DNA from: Vulcanimicrobiota bacterium
GTDB taxonomy: Bacteria; Vulcanimicrobiota; Vulcanimicrobiia; Vulcanimicrobiales; Vulcanimicrobiaceae
NCBI GenBank assembly: GCA_003135555.1
Contig: PLCF01000053.1
Location: forward strand, 30,131 to 94,130
Reading direction: 5' to 3'
Length of the DNA: 64,000 bases
Shown: in pieces, positions 1-12,530 of the stretch
How positions within the stretch are numbered: position 1 is the stretch's first letter
How the letters are laid out: each line of letters begins with the position of its first letter
Position numbers and translations under genes: made by a program
The notes under the pieces: generated by a model
The model's input: the letters and a program-made list of their open reading frames with translations, nothing else
What the model was told of the DNA's origin: nothing
The model's database searches: none

Positions 1-260
1 TCGAGCGCGTTGACCGACGCGTTGAGCTCGCCGTCGCCGAACCAGCGCGCGAACGGTTCGGTCCACTCGAGGACCTGCGTTGGCGGGGTCATCCACTCGA
101 GCTTGTCGGCCCACGACTTCCACCACGCCAGGTAGTCCTCGGCCTGGGCGTAGACTTCGGGCTGCGCGTTGGCTTGCGCGGCAAAGGCGGGCGGCGGTGG
201 GAAGCGGCGCGCTTCGCTGAAGAGCGCCTCGATGGCATCGCTTTGCGTCGGCGTCGACAT
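1..260 (-). CDS. acs: acetyl-CoA synthetase, N-terminal part (runs off window start)
   Basis: Manual translation from ATG 260: MSTPTQSDAIEALFSEARRFPPPPAFAAQAN...LEWTEPFARWFGDGELNASVNAL, typical Acs N-terminus (RxFPP, WF..G.LNAS.N.LD). Confidence 0.85.
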   Translation of the reverse strand, partial: MSTPTQSDAIEALFSEARRFPPPPAFAAQANAQPEVYAQAEDYLAWWKSWADKLEWMTPPTQVLEWTEPFARWFGDGELNASVNAL

Positions 261-319
261 GGTGCCCGGATTCGCTTCAACCGCGAAACGCCCCCTGCGC
301 CGCGTCGTACTCCACCCGT

Positions 320-1572
320 TCAGCGCGCGAACTCGGTGTAGACCTCACGGACGGTTGCGACCAGCGTATCGGCCGAGAAGCGTCGCTCGAACGTCGCGCG
401 CGCCGCCGCTCCGAGCCGAGCGCGGAGCGCCGCATCGCCCAGCAGCAGGGCGAGCGCGTCCCGTAGCGCGCCCGGATCATCAGGCGCGACCAGCAGACCG
501 TTCTCGCCGTCTGCGACGTCCTCCGGGATGCCGTCGATCCGCGTCGCGACGATCGCGCATCCCGCTTGCATCGCCTCGAGCAGCGAAAGCGATCCGCTGC
601 CCTCCTCGAGCGATGGCAGTACGAACACATCCGCAGCACGCAGAAACGCGGATGCGTCTTCGACGCAACCGGGGAGCGCCGTGGACGACGTGATTCCGAG
701 GCGTGCGGCCAGCGCGCGGTGCGCGCCGAGCAGCGGACCGGTCCCTACGAGGCACGCGCGAAACGAAATGTCGCCGGCGCGCAGCATCGCGAGGGCGTGA
801 ACGAGCCGGTCGATACCTTTGCGCGGGTCTTGGCGCGATACCGCGACGATCAGGGGCGCCTCTTCCGGCAGGAGACCCACCACGGCGTCAGCTACGGCGC
901 GCGAGTACGGAGCTCCGGCGGCGGCGCCGAGGTCCGCGTCGGCAAAAGCCGTGAGCGGCGCGTACGGTACGCGCCGAATCGGAACGGTGAGCGCGTAGTC
1001 GGCATGCAGCAGCGCTCGTACCGAGTCGTAGTTTACCAGCACGAGCGACATCGCGGCGTAGCCCCGGCGCTCCGCGTGGCGAGCGGCCGCCCGGGCCCAG
1101 CCGTGCTCGAGTAATGCTCGCAGCCGGTCGCGTGCGCTGTGCTCCGCGCTGACGCTTGCCAGCTTCGAGCGCATCTCGTGGCCGAGCGTGGTGTATGCGC
1201 TGGCGATTGGCGCGATGCGCCGGCCGACGCGGCGCGCGACGACGGCCGCGACCAGCGCCCAGGCGCCGAACGCGTGAACCGTAATCGGCCCAGGCGTCCG
1301 CGTGATGAACCGTTCGATCGCCCGTGCCAGGAACGGCGCATGCGCGCTCGCCATCAACCCCCGGAGCGGTCGCACGGGCGAGCGTATCGGATGCGGCGTC
1401 CATCCGCCGACCATCGCAGGTGGCGTGCGCGCCGCGGACACGTAGAACACGTGCGTGTCGAAGCCGGCGCGGATCGCCGCCTCGGCGTGCGCAAGCACGA
1501 AGGTTTCGTGCCCCCCGATGCGCACGAACGGGTCGGTTCCTCCGATAAGCACCGCGGTGGGCGTCGGGGGCA

Positions 1573-1573
<1 letters not shown>
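320..1573 (-). CDS. glycosyltransferase family 4 (GT-B)
   Basis: RKGIDRL, ADVFVLPSLEEGSGSLSLLEAMQAG (EX7E-like), GENGLLV motifs. Confidence 0.9.
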
Positions 1574-4317
<2,744 letters not shown>

Positions 4318-4331
4318 CTGATGTAGCGATC

Positions 4332-5186
4332 GTGACCGTGTTCGACGGACGCACGGAGGCGTTGCACGCGGTCGTCCGAGAAGCCAATCACGAGGTACTG
4401 GTCCTCCTTTCACCGGAACACGATGAAGCGCGCCGTCTGTTGCACGGTTTGCGCTTCGCGGGCTTCGGGGTCCATCTCGTCGAGTGGCCCGTCGAACTCG
4501 CCGAAGCGCCGGCGTTGCGCGAGGTCGCACGAGTCGCCGCACACTATCTGCGAGCGCGCTGGATCGTGCCACTTCGGCTCGGCGAAGCGAAGTCCTCGCG
4601 TGCTGAGCGAGACGAAGAAAGGCTGGACGGCGACGTCTTGCGCGCCGAGCCGCCGCTGACGTATTCGCCCCGCGCCGGGGACCGGCGCGTCGTGGTCCGC
4701 ACCACGACGGTCCCCGGCCCAGCGCACAAGGAGCACGTCGTGATCGTCATGCGGCCGGGATCTCCGCGCAGCGTGTTTCTGCCGCTGCACGTTCCGATGG
4801 ATACGACGGCCGTCCGGGTCGCGTTCGAGGGCCTCGGATGCGTGCGCGTGCGCATCGATGCGGTCCGAGTCTTCCGCCACGGCGTCGCCGGGCCGGTCGA
4901 CATCGAACTGTCGGAGCTGTCGAGCGTCATACGGATCGTCGGCCCGGCGATGCTGCCGTTCGCGCGTCCGCTCGGCGCGCTCGCGCTGGACGGGGTCTTC
5001 GAGCTGATCCTCGACATCGGCGCGCTATGGCAAGATGGTCCGTGCGCGGCTGTCGAGTTGCGCATGACCGCAACGCCTCTCGCGCCGCAGCGCGCGCTAG
5101 CGTCGGCGACGCTCGCCGAACACGTCTCGAATTTTTGCGACCCGTGGTTTGAGGCGGGTGATGCAACGGGTTTGGCGCACGCGTGA
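4332..5186 (+). CDS. hypothetical protein with degenerate GT2-like N-terminus
   Basis: ORF translationally coupled to the next gene; N-terminus parallels the GT2 at 6031 but lacks DxD; start uncertain (GTG 4332 or TTG 4308). Confidence 0.55.
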   Translation: MTVFDGRTEALHAVVREANHEVLVLLSPEHDEARRLLHGLRFAGFGVHLVEWPVELAEAPALREVARVAAHYLRARWIVPLRLGEAKSSRAERDEERLDGDVLRAEPPLTYSPRAGDRRVVVRTTTVPGPAHKEHVVIVMRPGSPRSVFLPLHVPMDTTAVRVAFEGLGCVRVRIDAVRVFRHGVAGPVDIELSELSSVIRIVGPAMLPFARPLGALALDGVFELILDIGALWQDGPCAAVELRMTATPLAPQRALASATLAEHVSNFCDPWFEAGDATGLAHA

Positions 5187-6034
5187 CCGTTCGTGAGCTG
5201 CTGGCACGCTACCGTGGCACGCGGGCGCACGTGTTGCCGAATCCCGGCAACGCCGGAGACGGCTTGATCCTGCGCGGCTTGCGGCGTTTATGCGCCGAGT
5301 TCGACCTCTCGGTGACCGAGCTGAACTATCCGCACCCTGCGTCGGGTCGGCTCCTTTTGGCGCCTGGTAACGGCAATCTCTGCGTGCCGTACCACAGCGT
5401 CGTGGAGCGGGTCGGCGCCTACGCCGAACGGTTCGACATGCTTGCGATCCTTCCGTGCAGCGTGGAGCTGGCGTCGGACGCCGTGCGAGGCTTTCTGACG
5501 ACGCTGCCCTCGCACGCGCACGTCTTCTGCCGAGAAGCGTACAGCTTCGGGCTCGTGCGCGACCTCCTCGGGCCCGGGCGCAACGTCTGGCTCGATCACG
5601 ACCTCGCGGTAGAAGCGGATCTGAGTGCATGGAAGCACGCGGGACGCGGAACGCTCTACGCGTTTCGCGTCGACCGGGAAAGCACCGGCGAGCCGCCGCC
5701 GCTCGGAAACGTCGATGTCAGCGCGCTCACCGGTGAGTGGATGACCGATCTGCTGCTCGACGTCATCTCCACGTTCGCGAGTGTGCACACCGACCGCGCG
5801 CACGTTGCGATCGCGGCCGCGCGTCTCGGTCGCGAGACGCATATCTACCCCAATAGCTACCACAAAGTCCGTGGGATCTACGAGCAATCGCTCGCGCGCT
5901 ATGACAACGCGCATCTTCACCTGGTCAGAACGGCGTTGCCGCCGCTCGAGGTCGACCCGCGGTTTGCGACGTGGCGGGCGCGCTCTGCCGCTGAGACGTC
6001 CCGGCCAATGCGTGATGCCGAAGGGTTCGCGTGA
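5183..6034 (+). CDS. polysaccharide pyruvyl transferase family protein
   Basis: NPGNAGD, VFCRE, HDLA, TDRAH (TDRLH-like), NSYHK motifs. Confidence 0.8.
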   Translation: MTVRELLARYRGTRAHVLPNPGNAGDGLILRGLRRLCAEFDLSVTELNYPHPASGRLLLAPGNGNLCVPYHSVVERVGAYAERFDMLAILPCSVELASDAVRGFLTTLPSHAHVFCREAYSFGLVRDLLGPGRNVWLDHDLAVEADLSAWKHAGRGTLYAFRVDRESTGEPPPLGNVDVSALTGEWMTDLLLDVISTFASVHTDRAHVAIAAARLGRETHIYPNSYHKVRGIYEQSLARYDNAHLHLVRTALPPLEVDPRFATWRARSAAETSRPMRDAEGFA

Positions 6035-7068
6035 TGCGCAGCGCGGTGACCGTTGCAGGACTCGCGCGCGTGAAGAACGAGGCGGACGTCATCGAAGCGT
6101 TTGTGCGGCATCACACCGCGCTGCTGGACCACCTGGTGGTCGTCGACAACGCGTCGGCGGACGGCACGCGCGACATTCTAGACGCGCTGGTCGAGGAAGG
6201 TCTGCCGATCACGGTCCTCGACGATGCGACGTTCGTCTATCGGCAATCCGAGATCATGACGTTCTTGACGCGCGCAGCGTTCGCGGAGCTGGGTTGCGAA
6301 CGGCTCTTCCTGCTGGATGCCGACGAGTTCCTGATCGCGGACGTTGGCTGCACGCTCGACCGCGGCGCGCTCGACGCCGCGCTAGGGAGCCTGGCGCAGG
6401 AAATGCACGGAACCGTGCCGTGCATGACGTATGTTCCTACCGCCGCAGACGATCCTGAACAGACGGAGCCGCTGAGCCGCATCGTGCACCGGCGCGTGCG
6501 CGAAGCGGTCGTGTACCAGAAGATTGCCGTGTCGGCGTCGTTCTTGCGCGATCCGGACGCCGTTGTCGAACAGGGCAATCACGCGGTTTCCGGCCGTCCG
6601 CCGGCCGCGACGGCCGCCGCGCTGCCCGGCGTCGCTCTGGCGCACTTCCCGGCAAGAAGCATGCAGCAACTCGCGTCCAAGGTGCTCGTTGGCTGGAACG
6701 CCTACTTGGCGATGGGCTACGGCGATGCGGGGCTCGGGAAGCAGTGGCAGTATGCGTACGACGCCGTGATGCGAGGCGGCGGCATGAGCGTGCAGATGTA
6801 CTTGATGCTCGCTGCGGGCTACCCGGGCGAACCGATTGATCCGTCAGCGGTGAACGTCGTTCGAGCACCGTTCGCGGCGCCCGCGCTTCGTTATGCGCAC
6901 CTGCGCGTCCCCGATCCGACCGTGATCGTGGCAAAGGCGCTGGAGCAGCTCAGCCGGCAATTCGCGGCGGCAGCCGCCGCGCACGCGGAGCGCGCGAAGA
7001 ACGGGACGGTTCCGCGGCGAACCCCGAAGCTGTGGTCCGGTGGATCGACGGCTTCTACGGCGGGCTGA
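6031..7068 (+). CDS. glycosyltransferase family 2 (Glyco_tranf_2_4-like)
   Basis: VKNEADVIE, DNASADGT, LDADEFL, GNH, HFPARS motifs. Confidence 0.85.
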   Translation: MMRSAVTVAGLARVKNEADVIEAFVRHHTALLDHLVVVDNASADGTRDILDALVEEGLPITVLDDATFVYRQSEIMTFLTRAAFAELGCERLFLLDADEFLIADVGCTLDRGALDAALGSLAQEMHGTVPCMTYVPTAADDPEQTEPLSRIVHRRVREAVVYQKIAVSASFLRDPDAVVEQGNHAVSGRPPAATAAALPGVALAHFPARSMQQLASKVLVGWNAYLAMGYGDAGLGKQWQYAYDAVMRGGGMSVQMYLMLAAGYPGEPIDPSAVNVVRAPFAAPALRYAHLRVPDPTVIVAKALEQLSRQFAAAAAAHAERAKNGTVPRRTPKLWSGGSTASTAG

Positions 7069-7502
7069 TCGCGGGCGGGACGAGCGCGTTGTTCTACGCG
7101 GTCGTCGCGGTCGCGTGGCTCCACGACACGACGCCGGCCGGGTTCTTTGCGCGGATCGCGCAGGGGTTGCCCGCCTTTCACACCGCTCCGGAGTCGTTCG
7201 CGCTCGCGGCGCTCGGCGCGCTGGTGTACGCCGTGCTGGCGGCCGGATTCGGCATCGTGTATGCCTCATTGGCCCGCCGGCTGCCCTCGATGTGGCAGGC
7301 GCCGACCTCGGTGCTGTGGGGACTGTTCTACGGCTTGCTCGTGTGGTGGGCGATCAACGACGTGCTCGCGCCGGTCAGCGGCGCGGTCGTCGATCTGCCG
7401 CTCTGGGAGGGGCTGGTCGGGACGGTGATCTTCTACGGCGTCGTGCTCTCCGAGCTGACGACGTTGGCGCACCGGCGCGAGACGACGGGGCTCGCGCCTT
7501 GA
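7032..7502 (+). CDS. hypothetical four-helix membrane protein
   Basis: Four hydrophobic segments, GLFYGLLVW pattern. Confidence 0.65.
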   Translation: MVRWIDGFYGGLIAGGTSALFYAVVAVAWLHDTTPAGFFARIAQGLPAFHTAPESFALAALGALVYAVLAAGFGIVYASLARRLPSMWQAPTSVLWGLFYGLLVWWAINDVLAPVSGAVVDLPLWEGLVGTVIFYGVVLSELTTLAHRRETTGLAP

Positions 7503-7527
7503 CCCTCGACCGTGGGGGTGCTACGCT
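7499..7527 (+). promoter_or_regulatory. sigma70-type promoter of hrcA
   Basis: TTGACC (7499-7504), 17-nt spacer, TACGCT (7522-7527), directly upstream of CIRCE. Confidence 0.7.
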
Positions 7528-7538
7528 ACCATGAAAGC

Positions 7539-7565
7539 CTGGCACTCCGCAGGCCCGACTGCTAA
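7539..7565 (+). promoter_or_regulatory. CIRCE operator (HrcA binding site)
   Basis: CTGGCACTC-N9-GACTGCTAA versus consensus TTAGCACTC-N9-GAGTGCTAA, immediately upstream of hrcA. Confidence 0.9.
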
Positions 7566-7603
7566 GTCGGGATCCCGATGTGCCGGCTGCTGGCGGTAGC
7601 CCG

Positions 7604-8668
7604 GTGAACGACAAGCTCGAACTCGACAAAAGAAAGGCCTTCATCCTCGCCACGGTCGTGTACGAGTACATCAACACGGCCGAACCGGTCGGCTCGGTGA
7701 CGCTCACCCAGAAGTACAACCTGGGGGTCTCCTCGGCGACGATCCGCAACGAGATGGCCGAGCTGGAAGCAGGCGGCTACCTGGTGCAGCCCCATACTTC
7801 GGCCGGCCGCGTCCCCTCGGATGCGGGCTACCGCGCCTACGTCGACCGCCTCATGCAGCCCGAGACGCTCACCAGCGACGACACGCGGCGCATCCGGGAC
7901 CAGTTCCGCGAAGCCTCGCGCGAGCTGAGCGACGTGATCGACCAGACCACGCGCCTGCTCTCGGGCCTGTCGGGCAACCTGGCCATCGCCATCGCGCCGT
8001 CCCGCGACACGCACGCCTTCAAGCACGTCCAGCTCATTTGGCTCTCGCCGCGTACCAGCTTGGCGGTGGTCGTCACCTCGGGCGGCGTCGGCGCGCAGCG
8101 CGCCTTCGAATGGTCGACCGACGTCGATGCGGACGACCTCACGCGGCTTTCCAACGCGCTCAACTCGCGCTTCGGCGGGCGCGTGATGGAAGACGTCGGC
8201 GAGACGGAGATCGACTCCATTTGCGCCGAGCTCAAGGTGAGCACGGAGATCCGCGATGCGGTGCGCGCGGCGTTCGCGACGGCGCGCCGCCCCGGCGAGC
8301 CCGAGATCGCCGCCGCCGGCGCGCAGAACTTGCTCGACCAGCCCGAGTTTCACGACCTGCGCAAGCTGCGCGCGATCCTGCGCATCGTCGAGGAGCAGCG
8401 CACGCTCTACGACCTCATCGCCGACGAGCTCGCCTCGGACGGCGTCGGCACCGATCCGAGCCCGCACGTGCGGATCGGCCACGAGCTGCGTGCCGACGAG
8501 CTCGCGGAGTGCAGCGTCGTGACGGTGCCGTATCGTTTCGGCGACCGCGGCGTCGGGATGCTCGCGATCCTCGGCCCGCGGCGCATGCCGTACGGGCGCC
8601 TCATCGCCCTCGCCTCGGGAACGGCGCGCTCGTTGGGCGACCATCTCAACGACGTTGAAATCAGGTAG
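7604..8668 (+). CDS. hrcA: heat-inducible transcription repressor HrcA
   Basis: EPVGS, SSATIRNEMAELE, QPHTSAGRVPSD.GYR, GPRRMPY; start 7604 or 7580. Confidence 0.97.
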   Translation: MNDKLELDKRKAFILATVVYEYINTAEPVGSVTLTQKYNLGVSSATIRNEMAELEAGGYLVQPHTSAGRVPSDAGYRAYVDRLMQPETLTSDDTRRIRDQFREASRELSDVIDQTTRLLSGLSGNLAIAIAPSRDTHAFKHVQLIWLSPRTSLAVVVTSGGVGAQRAFEWSTDVDADDLTRLSNALNSRFGGRVMEDVGETEIDSICAELKVSTEIRDAVRAAFATARRPGEPEIAAAGAQNLLDQPEFHDLRKLRAILRIVEEQRTLYDLIADELASDGVGTDPSPHVRIGHELRADELAECSVVTVPYRFGDRGVGMLAILGPRRMPYGRLIALASGTARSLGDHLNDVEIR

Positions 8669-8679
8669 TTGCGGCACTG

Positions 8680-9801
8680 ATGGCGGCGGACTACTACCAG
8701 GTTCTCGGGGTCGCGCGGGACGCTGACGACGGCGCGATCAAGCGCGCCTACCGTGAGCTTGCGCGCAAGTACCATCCCGACGTCGCCAAGGACAAGACCA
8801 CGGCGGAGAGCCATTTCAAAGAGATCAACGAGGCCTACGAGGTACTCTCGGACGCGCAGAAGCGAGCGAACTACGACCGGTTCGGTCACGCGGGCGTCAA
8901 CGGCGGCGGCGGCGGCGGTTTCGGCCCTTTCGGCGGCGACGGTTTCGGCGACATCTTCGATATGTTCTTCGGCGCCGCGCGCGGCGGCGGTGCGCAGCAG
9001 CGCCGCTCCGGCCCAACGCGCGGCAGCGACCTGCGCTACGACGTCGAGATCACCCTCGAGGAAGCATACGCCGGGACCACGCGCGAGATCACGTTTCGTC
9101 ATTTGGCGACCTGCAAGACCTGCCGCGGCAGCGGCGCCGAGCCCGGAACGCTGGTCGTTCCGTGCGATCGCTGCAGCGGCAGCGGGATCCAACGCCAAGT
9201 TCGTCAGACGCCGCTGGGCCAATTCGTCACCCAGACGACCTGCTCGAAGTGCAGCGGCGACGGCCAGATCGTGCAGACGCCCTGCGTGGTGTGTCGTGGC
9301 CGTGGGCGCATCGAGGCCGAGAAAGCGTTGCAAGTTCGCATCCCGCCCGGGGTCGACGACGGCTCGCGAATTCGCATCACCGGCAGCGGCGAAGCGGGGC
9401 TGCGCGGCGGCCCCGACGGCGACTTGTACGTCTACCTCACCATCGCGCCGCACCGGGTATTTCGGCGCGACGGCCTCGACGTGCTCGTCGACGTGCCGAT
9501 CTCGTTCCCGCAAGCCGCGCTGGGCGGCGAGATCCTGGTCCCGTCGCTCGAAGGTCAGATCCCGCTGACGCTGCACGCCGGAACGCAGAGCGGCTCGCAG
9601 TATCGCTTGCGCGGGCGGGGGATGCCCAGCGTCCGCGGCGCCGCGAAAGGCGACGAATTGATTAGCGTGCACGTCGTCGTTCCGTCGAAGCTCGGTAAGC
9701 GCGAACGCGAGCTGCTCGAAGACTACGCGCGTGCCGGCGGCGATCAGATCGAGGAGAAGTCGTTCTTCGACCGGATCAAAGACGCGTTCACCGCGGACTA
9801 A
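8680..9801 (+). CDS. dnaJ: chaperone DnaJ
   Basis: J-domain HPD, G/F-rich region, four CxxCxGxG repeats. Confidence 0.97.
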   Translation: MAADYYQVLGVARDADDGAIKRAYRELARKYHPDVAKDKTTAESHFKEINEAYEVLSDAQKRANYDRFGHAGVNGGGGGGFGPFGGDGFGDIFDMFFGAARGGGAQQRRSGPTRGSDLRYDVEITLEEAYAGTTREITFRHLATCKTCRGSGAEPGTLVVPCDRCSGSGIQRQVRQTPLGQFVTQTTCSKCSGDGQIVQTPCVVCRGRGRIEAEKALQVRIPPGVDDGSRIRITGSGEAGLRGGPDGDLYVYLTIAPHRVFRRDGLDVLVDVPISFPQAALGGEILVPSLEGQIPLTLHAGTQSGSQYRLRGRGMPSVRGAAKGDELISVHVVVPSKLGKRERELLEDYARAGGDQIEEKSFFDRIKDAFTAD

Positions 9802-9812
9802 AGAGCCTGGCG

Positions 9813-10439
9813 GTGATTCCGACGCAACTCGAACGTCCCGTCCTCGTCGCCGTCGACCTGCATCGCGGCCACCTCGATCCCGCCGTCGCGATGCTGCCGC
9901 TACCGGCCGAGCGCAGCCGCGCGCTGATCGCGCGCGCGGCGCCGATCTTCGCCGCGATTCGAGCCGCGGGGATCCCGGTCGTGCAGGTCGTGACGACCTA
10001 CCGCACGCCGCACGAGTCGGACTCGAACCCGTTCTGGGGCGGGAAAAGTTCGGCTACCCGCGCGCGCTCGCACGAGCACAACCTCGCCGGGTCGCCGGGG
10101 ACGCAGATCGTTGCGGAGCTCTTCGCGCCCAGCGACATCGTGGTGAACACCAAGAAGCGCTACAGCCCGTACCTGCACACCGACCTGGAGTTCGTGCTGC
10201 GCGATCTCGGCGCACGCACCGTGCTGCTCGCCGGCGTGAACACCAACAGCTGCATCCTGTGCTCGGCGTTCGAGACCGTCAATCGCGATTTCGAACTGAT
10301 CGTGATGAAGGACTGCGTGGACTCGATGGACGGCGAGGATGCGCACCGCATGGCCCTCACGCTGATCGAGACCTGTTTGGGACGCGTCATGGGCTGGGAG
10401 GAGCTGCGCGCAGCGCTCGCGATCCCGGCCCTCGCCTAA
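9813..10439 (+). CDS. isochorismatase-like cysteine hydrolase
   Basis: VAVDL, KKRYS, AGVNTNSC catalytic D-K-C triad. Confidence 0.85.
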   Translation: MIPTQLERPVLVAVDLHRGHLDPAVAMLPLPAERSRALIARAAPIFAAIRAAGIPVVQVVTTYRTPHESDSNPFWGGKSSATRARSHEHNLAGSPGTQIVAELFAPSDIVVNTKKRYSPYLHTDLEFVLRDLGARTVLLAGVNTNSCILCSAFETVNRDFELIVMKDCVDSMDGEDAHRMALTLIETCLGRVMGWEELRAALAIPALA

Positions 10440-10783
10440 GCGCTCGTCGCCGGGCCGCCGAGCTCGGCGCCCGTCGCGGCGTTCGCGCGCGCCAACTCGG
10501 CGTCGAGCGTGCCGGTGAGAATCCCCCAACACATCCGATAGTCGCCGGCGAGCGAGCGCAGCGGAGCGCTGAACGTCTCGGGCTTGTTGTGCTCGACGAA
10601 CGCGTGCGCGTACCAGGCCGGACCGTAGCCGCAAATCAGCGCCGCGCCGAAAAGCCTGGGGTCGCCGCGCACGATCGCGACGGTCCCCAGGAGGCTGGCC
10701 ACGATCGTCCCCGCGGCGTGGAGCGTCCGGGTTCGCGGGTCGGCGTGGGCACGCAGGTAACGCAGCCAGAAGGCATCATCCAT
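10436..10783 (-). CDS. DUF962/Mpo1-like membrane protein
   Basis: FW..YLRAH...R.LH..GT, GYGPAWYAHAFVEHNKPETF. Confidence 0.8.
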   Translation of the reverse strand: MDDAFWLRYLRAHADPRTRTLHAAGTIVASLLGTVAIVRGDPRLFGAALICGYGPAWYAHAFVEHNKPETFSAPLRSLAGDYRMCWGILTGTLDAELARANAATGAELGGPATSA

Positions 10784-10824
10784 GCGCGGGCCTTCCGCTC
10801 TGCCGGATCGAACGGCCTGCCGCG

Positions 10825-11559
10825 ATGCGCGATCGGTTCTTCGTCGAGGGCGCCCACGCGGTCGGGGACCGCGTCGCGTTCGCGCCCGACGACGCGCGTA
10901 AGCTCGTGACAGTGCTGCGCAAGCACAGCGGCGATCGCGTCGAGGTGGTGGACTCGGGTGGGGCGGCCTACGCCGCGACGCTCGACGTCGCCGGCCGCGC
11001 GGTCGGTGCGACCCTCGACGAGCGGCTCGACCGGGGAGCGGTCGAGACGGCGCTGCGTGTCACGCTGGCGCAGGCGGTGCCGAAGGGGCAGAAGATGGAC
11101 CTCGTCGTCGAGAAGGCGACGGAGCTGGGCGCTGACGCGATCGTCCCGGTACGCAGCGCGCGCGTCATCGGCCACGACACGAGCCCCGCGAAGGTCGAGC
11201 GCTGGCGCCGCATCGCGCGCGCCGCGGCGCAGCAATCGGGGCGCGTCCGCATCCCGGAGATCGCCGACGTCCACGACTGGGACGCGCTGCTCGCGACGTT
11301 CGCGCGCTACGATCGGGTGTACGTGCCGTGGGAGCTCGCCGAACCGCTGCCGCTGCGCGAGGTCTTCGAACGCGACGCGTGCGACGCATGCAGCGTGCTC
11401 CTCGTCGTCGGGCCGGAGGGCGGTTTCTCCGCCGAGGAAGTGGCGCGCGCGCGCGCTGCCGGCGCGCGCGCGATCTCGCTCGGACGGCGCATCTTGCGCA
11501 CCGAGACGGCGGCGCTCGTCGTGCTCAGCGCGCTGCTCTACGCGCGCGGCGAACTGTGA
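10825..11559 (+). CDS. rsmE: 16S rRNA m3U1498 methyltransferase
   Basis: KMDLVVEKATELG, VGPEGGF, LGRRILRTETA. Confidence 0.95.
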   Translation: MRDRFFVEGAHAVGDRVAFAPDDARKLVTVLRKHSGDRVEVVDSGGAAYAATLDVAGRAVGATLDERLDRGAVETALRVTLAQAVPKGQKMDLVVEKATELGADAIVPVRSARVIGHDTSPAKVERWRRIARAAAQQSGRVRIPEIADVHDWDALLATFARYDRVYVPWELAEPLPLREVFERDACDACSVLLVVGPEGGFSAEEVARARAAGARAISLGRRILRTETAALVVLSALLYARGEL

Positions 11560-11599
11560 AGCAGCATCCGAAAGCCGCCGGTTGCGGTTGCAAGGCGTT

Positions 11600-12529
11600 G
11601 TGAAAGCCGTCGTCGTCGAACGCGCCGCCCCGGGCGGTCTCAACCTGTCCGAAGTCCCGGATCCCGAGCCGCTCCCCTTCGAAGCGCTGGTGCGCGTCGG
11701 AGCGATCAGCCTCAACTTGGGCGAGGTGCGCCGCACGAAGAACAAGCCCGACGGCTGGCGTCCCGGCTGGGACTTCGCCGGAACAGTCGAGCGCGCGGCG
11801 CCCGACGGCAGTGGCCCGCCGGCCGGCGCGCGGGTCGTCGGGATGCTCGACGAGGGCGCGTGGGCCGAGCGGCTCGCCGTCCCCACCAAGAACCTCGCCG
11901 CGCTGTCCGACGGCGTCACGTTCGAGCGCGCCGCCACGCTCCCGATCGCGGGCCTGACTGCGCTGTACGCGCTGGGCAAGCGCGGCTCGCTGCTCGGCCG
12001 CCGCGTGCTGGTGACCGGTGCGTCGGGGGGTGTCGGTATCTTCGCGACCCAGCTCGCGCGGCTTGGCGGCGCTCGCGCCGCCGCGCTGGTTCACCGGCCG
12101 GAGAAACGCGACGCGGTGGTGCCCTATGCCGACGACGTCTACGTCGGCGCGGACGCGAGCGCAGCGCGCGACGGCGGCCCCTACGACCTCATCCTAGAGT
12201 CGGTCGGCGGCGAGGTCTTCGCCGGCGCGCTGCAACTGCTCGCAAGAGACGGGCTGCTGGTGACGTTCGGAACGTCGGCCGAAAGCCGCAGCACCATCGA
12301 CGTCGCGCCGTTCTATGCGCACGGCGGGCGGTCGATTTACGGCTTCATCATCTTCCACGAGCTCGAGCGCGAACCGGCCGGGCTCGGGCTCGCGCGGCTC
12401 GCCGCGCTGCTCGCCGCCGGAACGCTCGACGTCCACATCGACGACGTGCTGCCGATCGCGCGCATCGGCGAGGCCGCGGAGCGTCTGTGGAACCGCGGCG
12501 TCACCGGCAAGCTGGTTGTGACGTTCTGA
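11600..12529 (+). CDS. MDR-family (zinc-binding ADH/quinone reductase-like) oxidoreductase
   Basis: MKAVV start at GTG 11600, PGWDFAG, VLVTGASGGVG, GKLVV end. Confidence 0.85.
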   Translation: MKAVVVERAAPGGLNLSEVPDPEPLPFEALVRVGAISLNLGEVRRTKNKPDGWRPGWDFAGTVERAAPDGSGPPAGARVVGMLDEGAWAERLAVPTKNLAALSDGVTFERAATLPIAGLTALYALGKRGSLLGRRVLVTGASGGVGIFATQLARLGGARAAALVHRPEKRDAVVPYADDVYVGADASAARDGGPYDLILESVGGEVFAGALQLLARDGLLVTFGTSAESRSTIDVAPFYAHGGRSIYGFIIFHELEREPAGLGLARLAALLAAGTLDVHIDDVLPIARIGEAAERLWNRGVTGKLVVTF

Positions 12530-12530
12530 G

